64,000 bases of DNA from Candidatus Latescibacterota bacterium (GCA_965208835.1 OZ242358.1:1856001-1920000), one strand, 5' to 3'. Counted from the stretch's first letter, positions 10,276 to 19,595 are shown. The notes: generated by a model from the letters alone, not told the origin. Numbers and translations are program-made.

Positions 10276-10373
10276 GTGCAGGATAACAACCCGACAATCA
10301 CCGTTCTTCGTGGATATTTCACCCTGGCTGTATAAGCTAATGTAGCCTGAATACCTGGATCTCGCAATGGGTG

Positions 10374-10622
10374 TTACTCTGCCCGCTGTTCCTCGCCGGC
10401 GTCCAGATCGGTGAGCCTGAAGTCGCTTTCGCTCTCGGCTGCGAGGACTTCGACGCGCTGCTTCGCCTCTTCGAGGCGGGTGCGGCAAAGGTTCGACGCT
10501 CTCAGTCCCTCTTCAAAGAGACGGAGCGCGTCAGCGAGGGGCAGGTTTCCGGATTCCAGGGTTTCAACCGCGGCTTCCAGCTGTTTGAGCGCATCTTCGA
10601 ACGTGGGTTCACCTTCGGCCAT
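10374..10622 (-). CDS. xseB: Exodeoxyribonuclease VII small subunit
   Basis: TFEDALKQLE..V..LESG.LPL...L..FEEG; next to xseA. Confidence 0.95.
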   Translation of the reverse strand: MAEGEPTFEDALKQLEAAVETLESGNLPLADALRLFEEGLRASNLCRTRLEEAKQRVEVLAAESESDFRLTDLDAGEEQRAE

Positions 10623-10659
10623 ATGACTCCTCATGGGGTAACTCTAAACGTCCCCCGCT

Positions 10660-11871
10660 TCAACGATCCGCCGGGTTCCCGGCGAGAATTCCGTCGACCG
10701 TGCAGGTTATTTCGCCTTCCGACAGGCGGACGCGGACCCGATCGTCTTCGGTAAGGGATCCGGCGCTGGTGACCAGTTCATCGTTGTCCGCCCGGTGGGT
10801 CAGGCTGTACCCGCGGCTCAGGACAGAGAGCGGGCTCAGCGCCCCCAGTTCGCCGGTGTGCCGGCGGTATGACGCCAGACGCCTGTCGAATACGCGCCGC
10901 ACGCCGTTCTGAAGACCCTTCTGAAGTTCGTCTACAGCCTGAATGCTCTGGAAGATGTTGTCTTCAACTTTCCGCAATCCGTATCGGCCCAGATAGCTGT
11001 CGAGCAAGTCCTGGTTCTCTTTCAGGTAGCGATTGACTGCGCCGTAGGACCTCATTGCAAGGTTCTGAACCCGGGCGCGCAGTTCGCCGGCGTCGCGAAC
11101 GGCCAGTTCGGCAGCCGCGGATGGCGTCGGCGCCCTGCAATCCGCCGCGAGGTCTGCAAGCGTGACGTCGATTTCATGGCCTACGGCGGAAATCACCGGG
11201 ATTGCGGAGCCGCGGATGGCCCGGACGACGGTTTCGGTATTGAACGCGGCCAGGTCTTCCGCGGAACCCCCGCCGCGCCCCACGATCAGCACGTCGACCT
11301 TGCCGTATGCGTTCAGTTCGTCGATGGCCAGCGCGATGTCTTCAGGGGCGCCGACGCCCTGAACGAGGGTGGGCCTGAGTACGATGTTGACCCCGCGAAA
11401 CCGCCTTTCCAGTACGTGCAGAATATCCCGGATCGCCGCACCGGTGCGCGATGTGGCCACACCGATTGAAAGCGGGAACGCCGGCAGCGGGCGCTTCCGC
11501 GCCTCATCGAACAGACCTTCCTCCCGAAGTTTGAGTTTCAGCGCTTCCAGGGCGAGTTGCTGCTGCCCGCTGCCCGCCGGGAAGAGCTGGCTGACGTTCA
11601 ACTGGTACTCGCCGCTGCGTTCGTAGACCGTAATGCGTCCGCGGGCGAGCACCTTCGCGCCGGTCTCGGGCCTGAAGGCGGGTGTGGCGGACCGCCACAT
11701 CACGCAGCGTAGCTGACAGTTCTGATCTATAAGGGTGAAATAACGATGGCCTGAAGCCGCCTGGTTGTATTGCGAGATTTCACCGACGATCCAGAGGACG
11801 GGAAATTCCGTTTCCAGGTTCTGTCGAATTGCCTGCGTAATCTCTGTAACTGTGTATGGGCGCTCCGCCAC
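10660..11871 (-). CDS. xseA: Exodeoxyribonuclease VII large subunit
   Basis: GEIS...SGHRYF, RGGGS.EDL, SAVGHEID and APTPSAAA; GTG start at 11871. Confidence 0.95.
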   Translation of the reverse strand: MAERPYTVTEITQAIRQNLETEFPVLWIVGEISQYNQAASGHRYFTLIDQNCQLRCVMWRSATPAFRPETGAKVLARGRITVYERSGEYQLNVSQLFPAGSGQQQLALEALKLKLREEGLFDEARKRPLPAFPLSIGVATSRTGAAIRDILHVLERRFRGVNIVLRPTLVQGVGAPEDIALAIDELNAYGKVDVLIVGRGGGSAEDLAAFNTETVVRAIRGSAIPVISAVGHEIDVTLADLAADCRAPTPSAAAELAVRDAGELRARVQNLAMRSYGAVNRYLKENQDLLDSYLGRYGLRKVEDNIFQSIQAVDELQKGLQNGVRRVFDRRLASYRRHTGELGALSPLSVLSRGYSLTHRADNDELVTSAGSLTEDDRVRVRLSEGEITCTVDGILAGNPADR

Positions 11872-11873
11872 GT

Positions 11874-12662
11874 TCAGGGCTCCTGCCAATCGACGCGCAG
11901 TCGTTCGATGCGTGTCGCCTTTCCGGATTCGTCTTCGATTTCCACGACGACGCCGCAAAGCTTGATATCGTCTTCCGCCGGTTCAAACCGTACAGGCGTC
12001 CGGTCCAGAAAACGCTGGATCACGGCATCCTTGCGGGCCCCGATCACTGAGTCGTGGGGGCCGGTCATTCCAGCGTCGGATACATAGGCTGTACCGCCCG
12101 GGAGGATGCGTTCATCCGCGGTCTGCACGTGGGTATGCGTGCCAAGTACGGCGCTGGCACGGCCGTCCATAAACCATCCGTACGCGATTTTCTCGGAACT
12201 CGCTTCCGCGTGAAAATCGACGACGATCACCGGGGTCCGTTGTCTAAGGCGGTCCACGATATCCCTTCCAACGCGGAAGGGGCAGTCCAGGTCGAGCATG
12301 TTTACACGACCCTGCATGCAGACGACGCCTATCGCGGTGCCGTTTGAGGCGTTGAAGATGCCGTAACCGGCGCCGCCGACACTCTCCGGGAAATTGGCGG
12401 GACGCAGAACACGGTCGGCGCCGAATATGTACGGGATGGCGTCTTTTCGATCCCAGACGTGGTTTCCCGTGGTGATCACATCCGCTCCGTAGGCGAAGAG
12501 TTTCTTCGCGATGTTTTCGGTGATACCGAAACCGCCGGCGGCGTTTTCTCCGTTGGCTATGCAAAAATCGATACGGTGACTCTCCCTGAGCCGGGGAATC
12601 AGGTCCGCGGCCGCCTTTCTGCCGGGCCTGCCGTAGATATCGCCCACAAACAGGATATTCAA
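11874..12662 (-). CDS. ymdB: YmdB-like metallophosphoesterase (TIGR00282 type)
   Basis: GDIYG, NGENAAGGFG, TGNHVWD, DFHAEA and GTHTHVQT; directly downstream of rny. Confidence 0.92.
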   Translation of the reverse strand: MNILFVGDIYGRPGRKAAADLIPRLRESHRIDFCIANGENAAGGFGITENIAKKLFAYGADVITTGNHVWDRKDAIPYIFGADRVLRPANFPESVGGAGYGIFNASNGTAIGVVCMQGRVNMLDLDCPFRVGRDIVDRLRQRTPVIVVDFHAEASSEKIAYGWFMDGRASAVLGTHTHVQTADERILPGGTAYVSDAGMTGPHDSVIGARKDAVIQRFLDRTPVRFEPAEDDIKLCGVVVEIEDESGKATRIERLRVDWQEP

Positions 12663-12797
12663 ATCGACACCCGCGAAAAGCAGTCAACGATTGGAGGCGC
12701 GCAAACCACGGGGCGGCGGACAGTTTGGCGCCGCGAGAAGGACGGTAAGTGCCGAGCGGACGTTCGCCAGGGAGGGGCAGGAATCGCGCCGGCCGGA

Positions 12798-14384
12798 TCA
12801 GCGCGCGAAGTCCACCGAACGCGTTTCTCTGATGACGGTGACCTTGACCGGGCCCGGGCAGGTGGCGTCCTCTGTGAGCCGGGAAACGATCTGCGTAGCC
12901 AGGCGTTCCGTGTCCGCGTCGCTCATCATGTCGGAGTCCGCGACCACACGGACTTCCTGTCCTGCCTTGATGGCGAAGACCGATTCCACGCCCTGTACCA
13001 TCTTGGCGATGGACTCCAGACGTTCCAACCGCCGGACGTAATTCTCGATCTGCTCACGCTGCGCGCCCGGCCGGGACCGGGAAATGGAATCGGCGGCGTC
13101 AACAAGTACGGCAACCGGAGAAATGGGGTCCGAATCTCCGTGATGGGCCTCGATCGCGTTTATCACCATTGCGTCTTCGCCGTATTTGCGCGCCAGGTCG
13201 GCGCCATTCTCCCCGTACGTGCCCTCGGCTTCGTGCGCCAACCCTTTTCCGATGTCGTGAAGCAATCCCGCGCGTTTGGCCAACTGGGCGTCGAGGCCGA
13301 GCGACGTGGCCATCATGCCGGTAAGGAAGGCCACTTCTTTACTGTGATTCAGCACGTTCTGGCCGTAGCTCGTCCGGTATTTCAGGCGGCCGAGGCAGGC
13401 GACGAGGCGATCGTGCAGGCCCGGTACGCCAGCGTCGAACGCCGCTTGAACGCCGGCGTCGTGCATGACTTCCTGAATGGACTCCCGCGATTTCTGAACG
13501 ATTTCCTCGATCCGGCCCGGGTGGATGCGTCCGTCGAGAATCAGTTGCTCCATGGCGATCTGGGCGATGGCGCGGCGTATGGGATCGAACCCTGACAGGA
13601 TGACCGCTTCCGGTGTATCGTCGATCGTGACATCCACGCCCGTTGCCATTTCAAAGGCGCGGATGTTTCGCCCCTCTCGGCCGATAATTCGCCCTTTCAT
13701 TTCATCGGAAGGAAGCCGTACGACCGCGACGGTGGATTCTATGGTGTGGTCAGCGGCCAATCGCTGGATCGCTCCGGCGATGATCTCCCGAGCCTCGTCG
13801 TTGGCGCGGACGAGCGCGTCGTCGCGGATTTCCTTGAGACGCCATTCCGCATCCCGTTCCGCCTCGTCTTCCATATTGGCCATCAGAACGCGTTTTGCCT
13901 CATCCTTCGTGAGTCCGGCAATCTGTTCCAGGCGCCTGTTCTGCATCAGCCTGCTCTGTTCGAGTTGCCGTTCCCGACCGGAGAGTTGCTCTTCCAGCAT
14001 CCGGAGTTGCTCGTTTTTCTCAGTTGCCACCTTCTCCTTGTCGTTCAACAGATCCGCACGCTTGTCAAGCTGCCTCCTTAGACTGCTCAGCTTCAGTTCG
14101 TCCCTTGCGGACCGATCGCGTTTTTCTTCGAGTTCCTGTTCAAACCGGAGCTGCTCCTGCTGTATCCTGTCCTTGGCTTCCAGGACCGCCGTGCGCTTCA
14201 TTGCGTCCGCTTCGGTCTGGGCGTCTTCAAGAATCCTTTCCGCGGAGAGCTCGGCACGATGGATCTTGCTCTGCGCAATCTTGCCGCTGATCAGCCATCC
14301 AAGGATAAATCCCAGTATAAGCAGCCCGGCCGACAGCATGATAACGGTCACGACTTCCACGGTCGTGTCTATCGGCAGGTTCAT
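12798..14384 (-). CDS. rny: Ribonuclease Y
   Basis: N-terminal TM, coiled coil, KH motif KGRIIGREGRNIR and HD motif LLHDIGK. Confidence 0.95.
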   Translation of the reverse strand: MNLPIDTTVEVVTVIMLSAGLLILGFILGWLISGKIAQSKIHRAELSAERILEDAQTEADAMKRTAVLEAKDRIQQEQLRFEQELEEKRDRSARDELKLSSLRRQLDKRADLLNDKEKVATEKNEQLRMLEEQLSGRERQLEQSRLMQNRRLEQIAGLTKDEAKRVLMANMEDEAERDAEWRLKEIRDDALVRANDEAREIIAGAIQRLAADHTIESTVAVVRLPSDEMKGRIIGREGRNIRAFEMATGVDVTIDDTPEAVILSGFDPIRRAIAQIAMEQLILDGRIHPGRIEEIVQKSRESIQEVMHDAGVQAAFDAGVPGLHDRLVACLGRLKYRTSYGQNVLNHSKEVAFLTGMMATSLGLDAQLAKRAGLLHDIGKGLAHEAEGTYGENGADLARKYGEDAMVINAIEAHHGDSDPISPVAVLVDAADSISRSRPGAQREQIENYVRRLERLESIAKMVQGVESVFAIKAGQEVRVVADSDMMSDADTERLATQIVSRLTEDATCPGPVKVTVIRETRSVDFAR

Positions 14385-14400
14385 TCTGGTCTCTCCGTAT

Positions 14401-14552
14401 TAACTGCCCGTTGGAAAAGTCCATCCAGTCTAAGGCCGGCCCTTGCGGTCGAAATACTGCGTTGCGCTCCCTCGCCGAATCGCCGGATGGGACTCGGTCG
14501 CGCGCCTTGTCTTCGGCCTCGCCTGCGGAGCGACTCTATCAACGGTCTGTTA
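14401..14552. mobile_element. MITE-like repeat family B, copy 1 (152 bp)
   Basis: Imperfect TIR TAACTGCCCGTTGGAAAA / TCTATCAACGGTCTGTTA; colinear same-length copy at 41913..42064. Confidence 0.8.
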
Positions 14553-14566
14553 TGGGAACCACACAT

Positions 14567-14706
14567 AAAAAAACCCGCTTGCATTCATCCGGTTCCGTAC
14601 ATCCCGTCCGGGTTGGAGTGTCCGCTCCGGATGGTTACAGATGAACGCAGCAGGCAACACCGGAATCGTTGATCCGGCAGGGGTGCCCGCGATTGCAGGC
14701 ACGCCC
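14567..14706 (-). ncRNA. Candidate structured RNA at the zapA-rny (6S RNA) syntenic position
   Basis: Minus-strand CCTGCTGCGTTCATC pairs with GATGAATGCAAGCGGG and is followed by a U-tract; two further hairpins lie upstream. Shorter than a canonical 6S RNA. Confidence 0.45.
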
Positions 14707-14725
14707 TTTCTGTTCGAGGTTGTCT

Positions 14726-15010
14726 CTACGCGATCCGATTTGTGAAAGACGCCAGATTGTGGGTCTGTTCGGTCAGGGTCTCTCCCATCTTCCGACTGGC
14801 TTCTTCCTCATTGAGCAGTTCGTGCGCGAGATTCACGGCCGCTACGACTGCGATTTTGGCAACCGAACGAAGTGAAATGTAGTTCGCGACATCACGCATT
14901 TTCCGGTCCACGTATTGTGCGACGGCCCGGGCATGGTCCGGGTCGCCTTCCGCGTGGATGCTGTATTCGGTGCCGAAGATCTGGACGCGTATTGCCGGTT
15001 GTTCAGACAT
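14726..15010 (-). CDS. zapA: Cell division protein ZapA
   Basis: VQIFGTEYSI...VAQYVDRKM...KIAVVAAVNLAHEL; upstream of rny. Confidence 0.9.
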   Translation of the reverse strand: MSEQPAIRVQIFGTEYSIHAEGDPDHARAVAQYVDRKMRDVANYISLRSVAKIAVVAAVNLAHELLNEEEASRKMGETLTEQTHNLASFTNRIA

Positions 15011-15077
15011 GAGTCCTCTAGACATCCGGAGACGCTGTGAAACGATGTGGTTCCGAGTGGATGTCGGCGGTGCTGTT

Positions 15078-15641
15078 TTACGCTGTATTCACTGAATCCA
15101 GACGCGAGATCATGGTTTCGATTTTGCGTTGGATCTCCTCCTTGTTCTCAATGAGGGAAGCATTGTTGTCGTAAATGGACCGGAGACGTTCCCGATCGGC
15201 CTGCAATCCGTTGATAACCTGATCCTTGTCTTCCAGCTGCTGCCGGAGTTCCCCGTTTCGCTGCTCGAGTCCGGCGATTTCCTCTCGTAACTGCCGGATA
15301 ATGTCGACAGCGCGATCGATCTCGCCAATAAGCAGATCCAGCTGATCGGAAACGAAGTTTTCCGACGCCAGCCGGTCGTCTTCCCCTTCGTCGGCCTCCG
15401 GCTCTTCGTCTGCCCGATCCTCCAGTTCAAACCGCGGGTCTTCCGGAACATCAGATTCCTGAGATTCGTCCGTCTCCTCGGGGGATTGGAAGGAACTGTC
15501 ATGCTGATCCTGCAGATCGAGTTGCCCGTCTTCCGGACCTTCCGATTCCGCCTGTTCTTCCGGTTCATTGACGTATTCGAAGTGTGCGTCGTCGCTGGCT
15601 TTCGACTCAAGTTGTTCGTTTACCGGTTCTTGCGTTTCCAT
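15078..15641 (-). CDS. ZapB-like coiled-coil protein with long acidic N-terminal extension
   Basis: C-terminal coiled coil (LDLLIGEIDRAVDII..L....IETMISRL) directly upstream of zapA; N-terminal half is very D/E-rich. Confidence 0.65.
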   Translation of the reverse strand: METQEPVNEQLESKASDDAHFEYVNEPEEQAESEGPEDGQLDLQDQHDSSFQSPEETDESQESDVPEDPRFELEDRADEEPEADEGEDDRLASENFVSDQLDLLIGEIDRAVDIIRQLREEIAGLEQRNGELRQQLEDKDQVINGLQADRERLRSIYDNNASLIENKEEIQRKIETMISRLDSVNTA

Positions 15642-15726
15642 TTTCTCACCCTTTCCTTGCTGACACAATTCCCAGAAAATTTGTGCAGTGAGGCGCCAAT
15701 ACAACGTCCGTGTAGCCCTACTACGC

Positions 15727-15755
15727 AATGTAACACGTCCCTGGTGTAAAGTCAA
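15727..15755 (-). promoter_or_regulatory. Sigma70-type promoter for the zapB-like/zapA/rny unit
   Basis: TTGACT-N17-TACATT on the minus strand. Confidence 0.6.
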
Positions 15756-15849
15756 GGACGGGATACCGGACGCAAGGGCGGCTGGAATGGAATCGGAGTT
15801 GATTCGAGGGGACGCTATTGCGATGGATTCCGTTGACCTGGCGGGCGAA

Positions 15850-16203
15850 TTAGAGGTGTTGGCGGGCCTGCTGGGCCAACGCGGAGAACGCCGTTGGATC
15901 CGTGACGGCGAGGTTGGCCAGAACCTTCCTGTCTACGGAAATGTCGGCCTTTTTCAGGCCGTTTATCAGACTGCTGTAAGAGAGTCCGTTAAGCCGGGCA
16001 GCTGCGTTGATTCGGACGATCCACAAAGAGCGAAAATTTCTCTTTTTCTGACGACGGTCCCTGTACGCATAGGAAAGCGCGCGATTGACGGCGTCGTCCG
16101 CGGTGCGATAAAGCTTGCTTCGTCCTCCACGATACCCGCGTGCGGCCTTCAGGACTTTCTTTCGTCTGCGTCTCGAAGCGACGCTGTTCGTCGTTCTTGG
16201 CAT
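15850..16203 (-). CDS. rplT: 50S ribosomal protein L20
   Basis: [16 protein letters not shown]...[14 protein letters not shown]. Confidence 0.98.
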   Translation of the reverse strand: MPRTTNSVASRRRRKKVLKAARGYRGGRSKLYRTADDAVNRALSYAYRDRRQKKRNFRSLWIVRINAAARLNGLSYSSLINGLKKADISVDRKVLANLAVTDPTAFSALAQQARQHL

Positions 16204-16324
16204 GTCGATGGTCTCCTGGTAGCGCCCGGCAGTGTGCGGGCCGTGTCTGCCTCCGGTCCGGCGCGGCCTGAATGTGAAAGCCACGGCAGGATGGCGGGCC
16301 CCACCGGAAATCGGTTTCGGACCG

Positions 16325-16519
16325 TCAGTTGGGAAGCAGGCGCTGAACCCGGTCCTGGTCGGATTTATGCACCACGGCGGGTTTTCGAAGGTGCATCTTG
16401 CGTTTGCTGCTCTTTCTTGCCAGATTATGCGTGACCGTTGACTTCTTACGTCCAATCACACCGGATTTCCGGCGTTTGAACCGTTTCGCGGCTCCTCGGT
16501 GGGTCTTCATTTTTGGCAC
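16325..16519 (-). CDS. rpmI: 50S ribosomal protein L35
   Basis: (V)[14 protein letters not shown]; AGGAG RBS upstream of GTG. Confidence 0.97.
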   Translation of the reverse strand: MPKMKTHRGAAKRFKRRKSGVIGRKKSTVTHNLARKSSKRKMHLRKPAVVHKSDQDRVQRLLPN

Positions 16520-16659
16520 GTTCAACTCCTTGGCAAAGCTCGTTTTCAGCGTACACGGGGTATTGAAACCGGAACCCTGACAGGCACAACGGGCGGCATC
16601 CGGTATTTCCTGCGAGTGCCGCGTGCCGATGGCGTGTGCGCCGCTGCCGTCGGCGGACG

Positions 16660-17196
16660 TTACTTCGGCGCAATGATCACGACGATGTTGCGGCCCTCGT
16701 CCTTGATGGGCATTTCGGCCGCACCGACCTCCCGAAGGTCTTCCTCGGCCCGTTCCAGCAGTTCTCTGCCCTGCATTCGATACATATTCTGTCGGCCGCG
16801 AAATTCCACGGAGATTCTGACCTTGTGCCGGTGCTTCAGGAAGTTCTCGGCGTGGCGAATCTTGAATTCGTAGTCGTGATCGCTGATTCTGGGTCCGAGG
16901 CGGATTTCCTTCAGTTGCGATGCGGTCTTCTTGCCTTTCTTCTGCTTCTTGCTCTGCTCGTACCGGTACTTGCCATAGTTCATGATACGGCAGACCGGCG
17001 GTCGGGCATTGGGAGCGACTTCGACCAGGTCGAGGTCGGCTTCCATCGCCATTTCCATCGCCTTTCTGGTTTCTACGATCCCGACCTGCTCGCCGTCTTT
17101 GTCGACCAGTCGGATCTGGGGAATGCGGATCTGTTCGTTGACGCGGGGCGCTCTTTCCTGTTTTCGATCTCTGAAAACTCTTGGACCTCTGTTGAT
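16660..17196 (-). CDS. infC: Translation initiation factor IF-3 (probable ATC start)
   Basis: RVNEQIR, LDLVEVAPNARPPVCRIM and LKEIRL; GGAGG 8 nt before an in-frame ATC, with no suitably spaced ATG/GTG. Confidence 0.93.
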   Translation of the reverse strand: MNRGPRVFRDRKQERAPRVNEQIRIPQIRLVDKDGEQVGIVETRKAMEMAMEADLDLVEVAPNARPPVCRIMNYGKYRYEQSKKQKKGKKTASQLKEIRLGPRISDHDYEFKIRHAENFLKHRHKVRISVEFRGRQNMYRMQGRELLERAEEDLREVGAAEMPIKDEGRNIVVIIAPK

Positions 17197-17245
17197 ACCG
17201 ATCACCTCCGAAGTTGATCCGGGCCGCTTGCGGGCCTGATTGGAT

Positions 17246-19183
17246 TTACGCGACGCTTTTCGTCTCGACTTCCTTCTGCATACGGGCGATAAGGTCCATT
17301 GTGGACATGCCACCGAGGTCGCCGGCGCCATGCCTGCGTACTGAAATGGACTGTGCGGCCACTTCCTGCTTGCCCACAATCACCATATAGGGAATCTTCC
17401 GGACTTCAGCCTCGCGAATTTTGAAACCGAGCTTGGCGTCCTGTGGGTCCACTTCGGCGCGGAGACCCGCGCTGTTGAGCTGGCTGGCAACCTCGCCGGC
17501 ATAGCCTGCAAACGGATCTGATACCGGAAGTACGACAGCCTGTACCGGAGCCAGCCAGAGCGGGAAATTTCCCGCGTAATGTTCGATAAGCAGGCCGAAG
17601 AACCGTTCCATTGCACCCAGAAGGGCGCGATGGACCATATACGGACGATGGAATTTTCCGTCTGACCCCACAAAGCTGAGGTCGAACCGTTCCGGAAGGT
17701 TAAAGTCGAACTGGATCGTGGTGCACTGCCACTCCCTGTTCAGGGCATCGTTGATGGTCACGTCGATCTTCGGGCCGTAGAAGGCGCCCGACCCTTCGTC
17801 GATACGATACGGCAGCTTTTGTGCGTCAACGGCCCGCTTGAGTGCGTCCGTGGCTCGTTGCCAGTCGGCCGGATCTCCAACCGCCTTCTCGGGCCGGGTT
17901 GAGATGTAGACGTTGAAGTCTTCAAAGCCGAACGACTTCAGGATGAACAGCGTGAAGTCGATCACCCGGGACACTTCGTCCTCCACCTGATCCGGTCGAC
18001 AGAAGATATGGGCGTCGTCCTGGGTGAATCCGCGCACCCGTAAGAGTCCGTGCAGCGTGCCGACCATTTCGTAGCGGTAGACGGTGCCCATTTCGGCCCA
18101 GCGCAAGGGAAGCTCTCTATAGCTGCGCCTGCGGGACTTGTAGATGAGGCTGTGGAACGGACAATTCATCGGTTTGGCGAAATAGGCCTGCCCGTCGATA
18201 TCCATTGGGGGGTACATGTTCTCAAGGAAGAAATCCAGATGTCCGCTGGTTTCCCAGAGACGGGAGCGACCGATGTGGGGCGAACCCACCAGGTCATAGC
18301 CGCCGTCGTAATGCGCTTCGCGCCAGAAATCTTCAATCTGGTTCCTGATTCGCGCGCCATTGGGATGCCAGAGAACCAGACCGGGTCCCGCGGTATCGTT
18401 GATTGAGAAGAGATCGAGCTGTACGCCGAGGGTACGGTGGTCCCGGTTCCTGGCTTCTTCCAGGTACTCGAGATAGGCGTTGAGGTCTTTCTTTCCCGGA
18501 AAGGAGATGCCGTAGATGCGCTGGAGCATCACGTTGTTTTCGTCGCCCCGCCAGTATGCGCCCGAAGAACTCAGCAATTTGACGGCCTTGATGCAGCCGG
18601 TGTCGGGAACGTGCGGCCCCCGGCAGAGGTCCAGCCACTTGCCGGCATTCTCGTAGATGCTGATGGTTTCGCCGGGTTCGATTTCCTCCAGGATTTCCAG
18701 CTTATATGTCTCGCCGCGTTCCCTGAACAGATCGATCGCGGCCTCCCGGGTGATTTCCCTGCGCTCGAAGGTCTGGGCTTCCGCGATGAGTTCCCGCATC
18801 CTGACTTCGATTCTGCGCAATTCGTCCGGCGTGAATGGTTTTTCCCGATCGAAGTCGTAATAAAAGCCATTTTCGATGGGTGGGCCCAGCGTGACTTTGA
18901 CGTCCGGAAACAGGTCCTGCACGGCCTGCGCCATGATATGGGCGGTGCTGTGCCAGTACACTTCCTTGCCGGCGTCGCTGGAAAAGGTGAGGATTTCCAG
19001 GTCGACGTCGCCGTCCAGCGCACAGCTTAGATCCACGGCCCGGCCGTTGACCTTTCCGGCCAGCGCGGCGCGCGCGAGGCCCGAACCGATGGACTCGGCC
19101 ACCTGCAGGATGGTGACGCCCGCACGGAAGTCCTTTCGGGAGCCGTCCGGCAGGGTGACGGTTATGTTGCCGTTTCGGGGCAT
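17246..19183 (-). CDS. thrS: Threonine--tRNA ligase
   Basis: TGS domain, HSTAH, DLCRGPH, KPMNCP, GAFYGPKID, HRALLG and PLWLAP. Confidence 0.98.
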   Translation of the reverse strand: MPRNGNITVTLPDGSRKDFRAGVTILQVAESIGSGLARAALAGKVNGRAVDLSCALDGDVDLEILTFSSDAGKEVYWHSTAHIMAQAVQDLFPDVKVTLGPPIENGFYYDFDREKPFTPDELRRIEVRMRELIAEAQTFERREITREAAIDLFRERGETYKLEILEEIEPGETISIYENAGKWLDLCRGPHVPDTGCIKAVKLLSSSGAYWRGDENNVMLQRIYGISFPGKKDLNAYLEYLEEARNRDHRTLGVQLDLFSINDTAGPGLVLWHPNGARIRNQIEDFWREAHYDGGYDLVGSPHIGRSRLWETSGHLDFFLENMYPPMDIDGQAYFAKPMNCPFHSLIYKSRRRSYRELPLRWAEMGTVYRYEMVGTLHGLLRVRGFTQDDAHIFCRPDQVEDEVSRVIDFTLFILKSFGFEDFNVYISTRPEKAVGDPADWQRATDALKRAVDAQKLPYRIDEGSGAFYGPKIDVTINDALNREWQCTTIQFDFNLPERFDLSFVGSDGKFHRPYMVHRALLGAMERFFGLLIEHYAGNFPLWLAPVQAVVLPVSDPFAGYAGEVASQLNSAGLRAEVDPQDAKLGFKIREAEVRKIPYMVIVGKQEVAAQSISVRRHGAGDLGGMSTMDLIARMQKEVETKSVA

Positions 19184-19326
19184 CGGATCTGGTGTTTCAG
19201 AATTGACGAGAAGAATCGGCGGAGACGTCTATCACAATAAACAGGCGTTTTACATGGCCGGGAGCGTTATCGGCGCATCCCAGGCACAGGTGCGATCGAG
19301 AGTGTCGGACTTCGCTTTCGAGTAAT

Positions 19327-19358
19327 AAAAAAACGCGCGACCTTTCTACTTGCGCGTC
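19327..19358 (-). terminator. Intrinsic terminator-like hairpin within the thrS leader
   Basis: GACGCGC-N13-GCGCGTT followed by a U-tract, between the promoter and thrS. Confidence 0.55.
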
Positions 19359-19449
19359 GAATTCAGAAAAACTCCCGGTGACAAACGATCCGTTCCGTTG
19401 ACACTCCTCCGCAAGTAGGTTGATGGGCATATACTTACATCATCAGATC

Positions 19450-19478
19450 AATTTATATTATCCTGAAAGGGTTGTCAA
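19450..19478 (-). promoter_or_regulatory. Sigma70 promoter of the thrS-infC-rpmI-rplT region
   Basis: TTGACA-N17-TAAATT. Confidence 0.7.
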
Positions 19479-19595
19479 GCGAAAACTCCTGTTTCTGCGG
19501 TGCGATTCAGCGCGATTCTGCCTCGCGGAAAAAGGCTGCCGGTACCTTCGGCCCGTGAACCTCCAAGCCGGTATTTTCCGGCGCCTGCGCTGCCG

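Noticed and set aside
19197-19430. 77-aa ORF in the thrS leader as a leader peptide; T-box riboswitch
   Set aside because: No Thr-codon enrichment, no RBS, and no UGGNACC antiterminator bulge visible.
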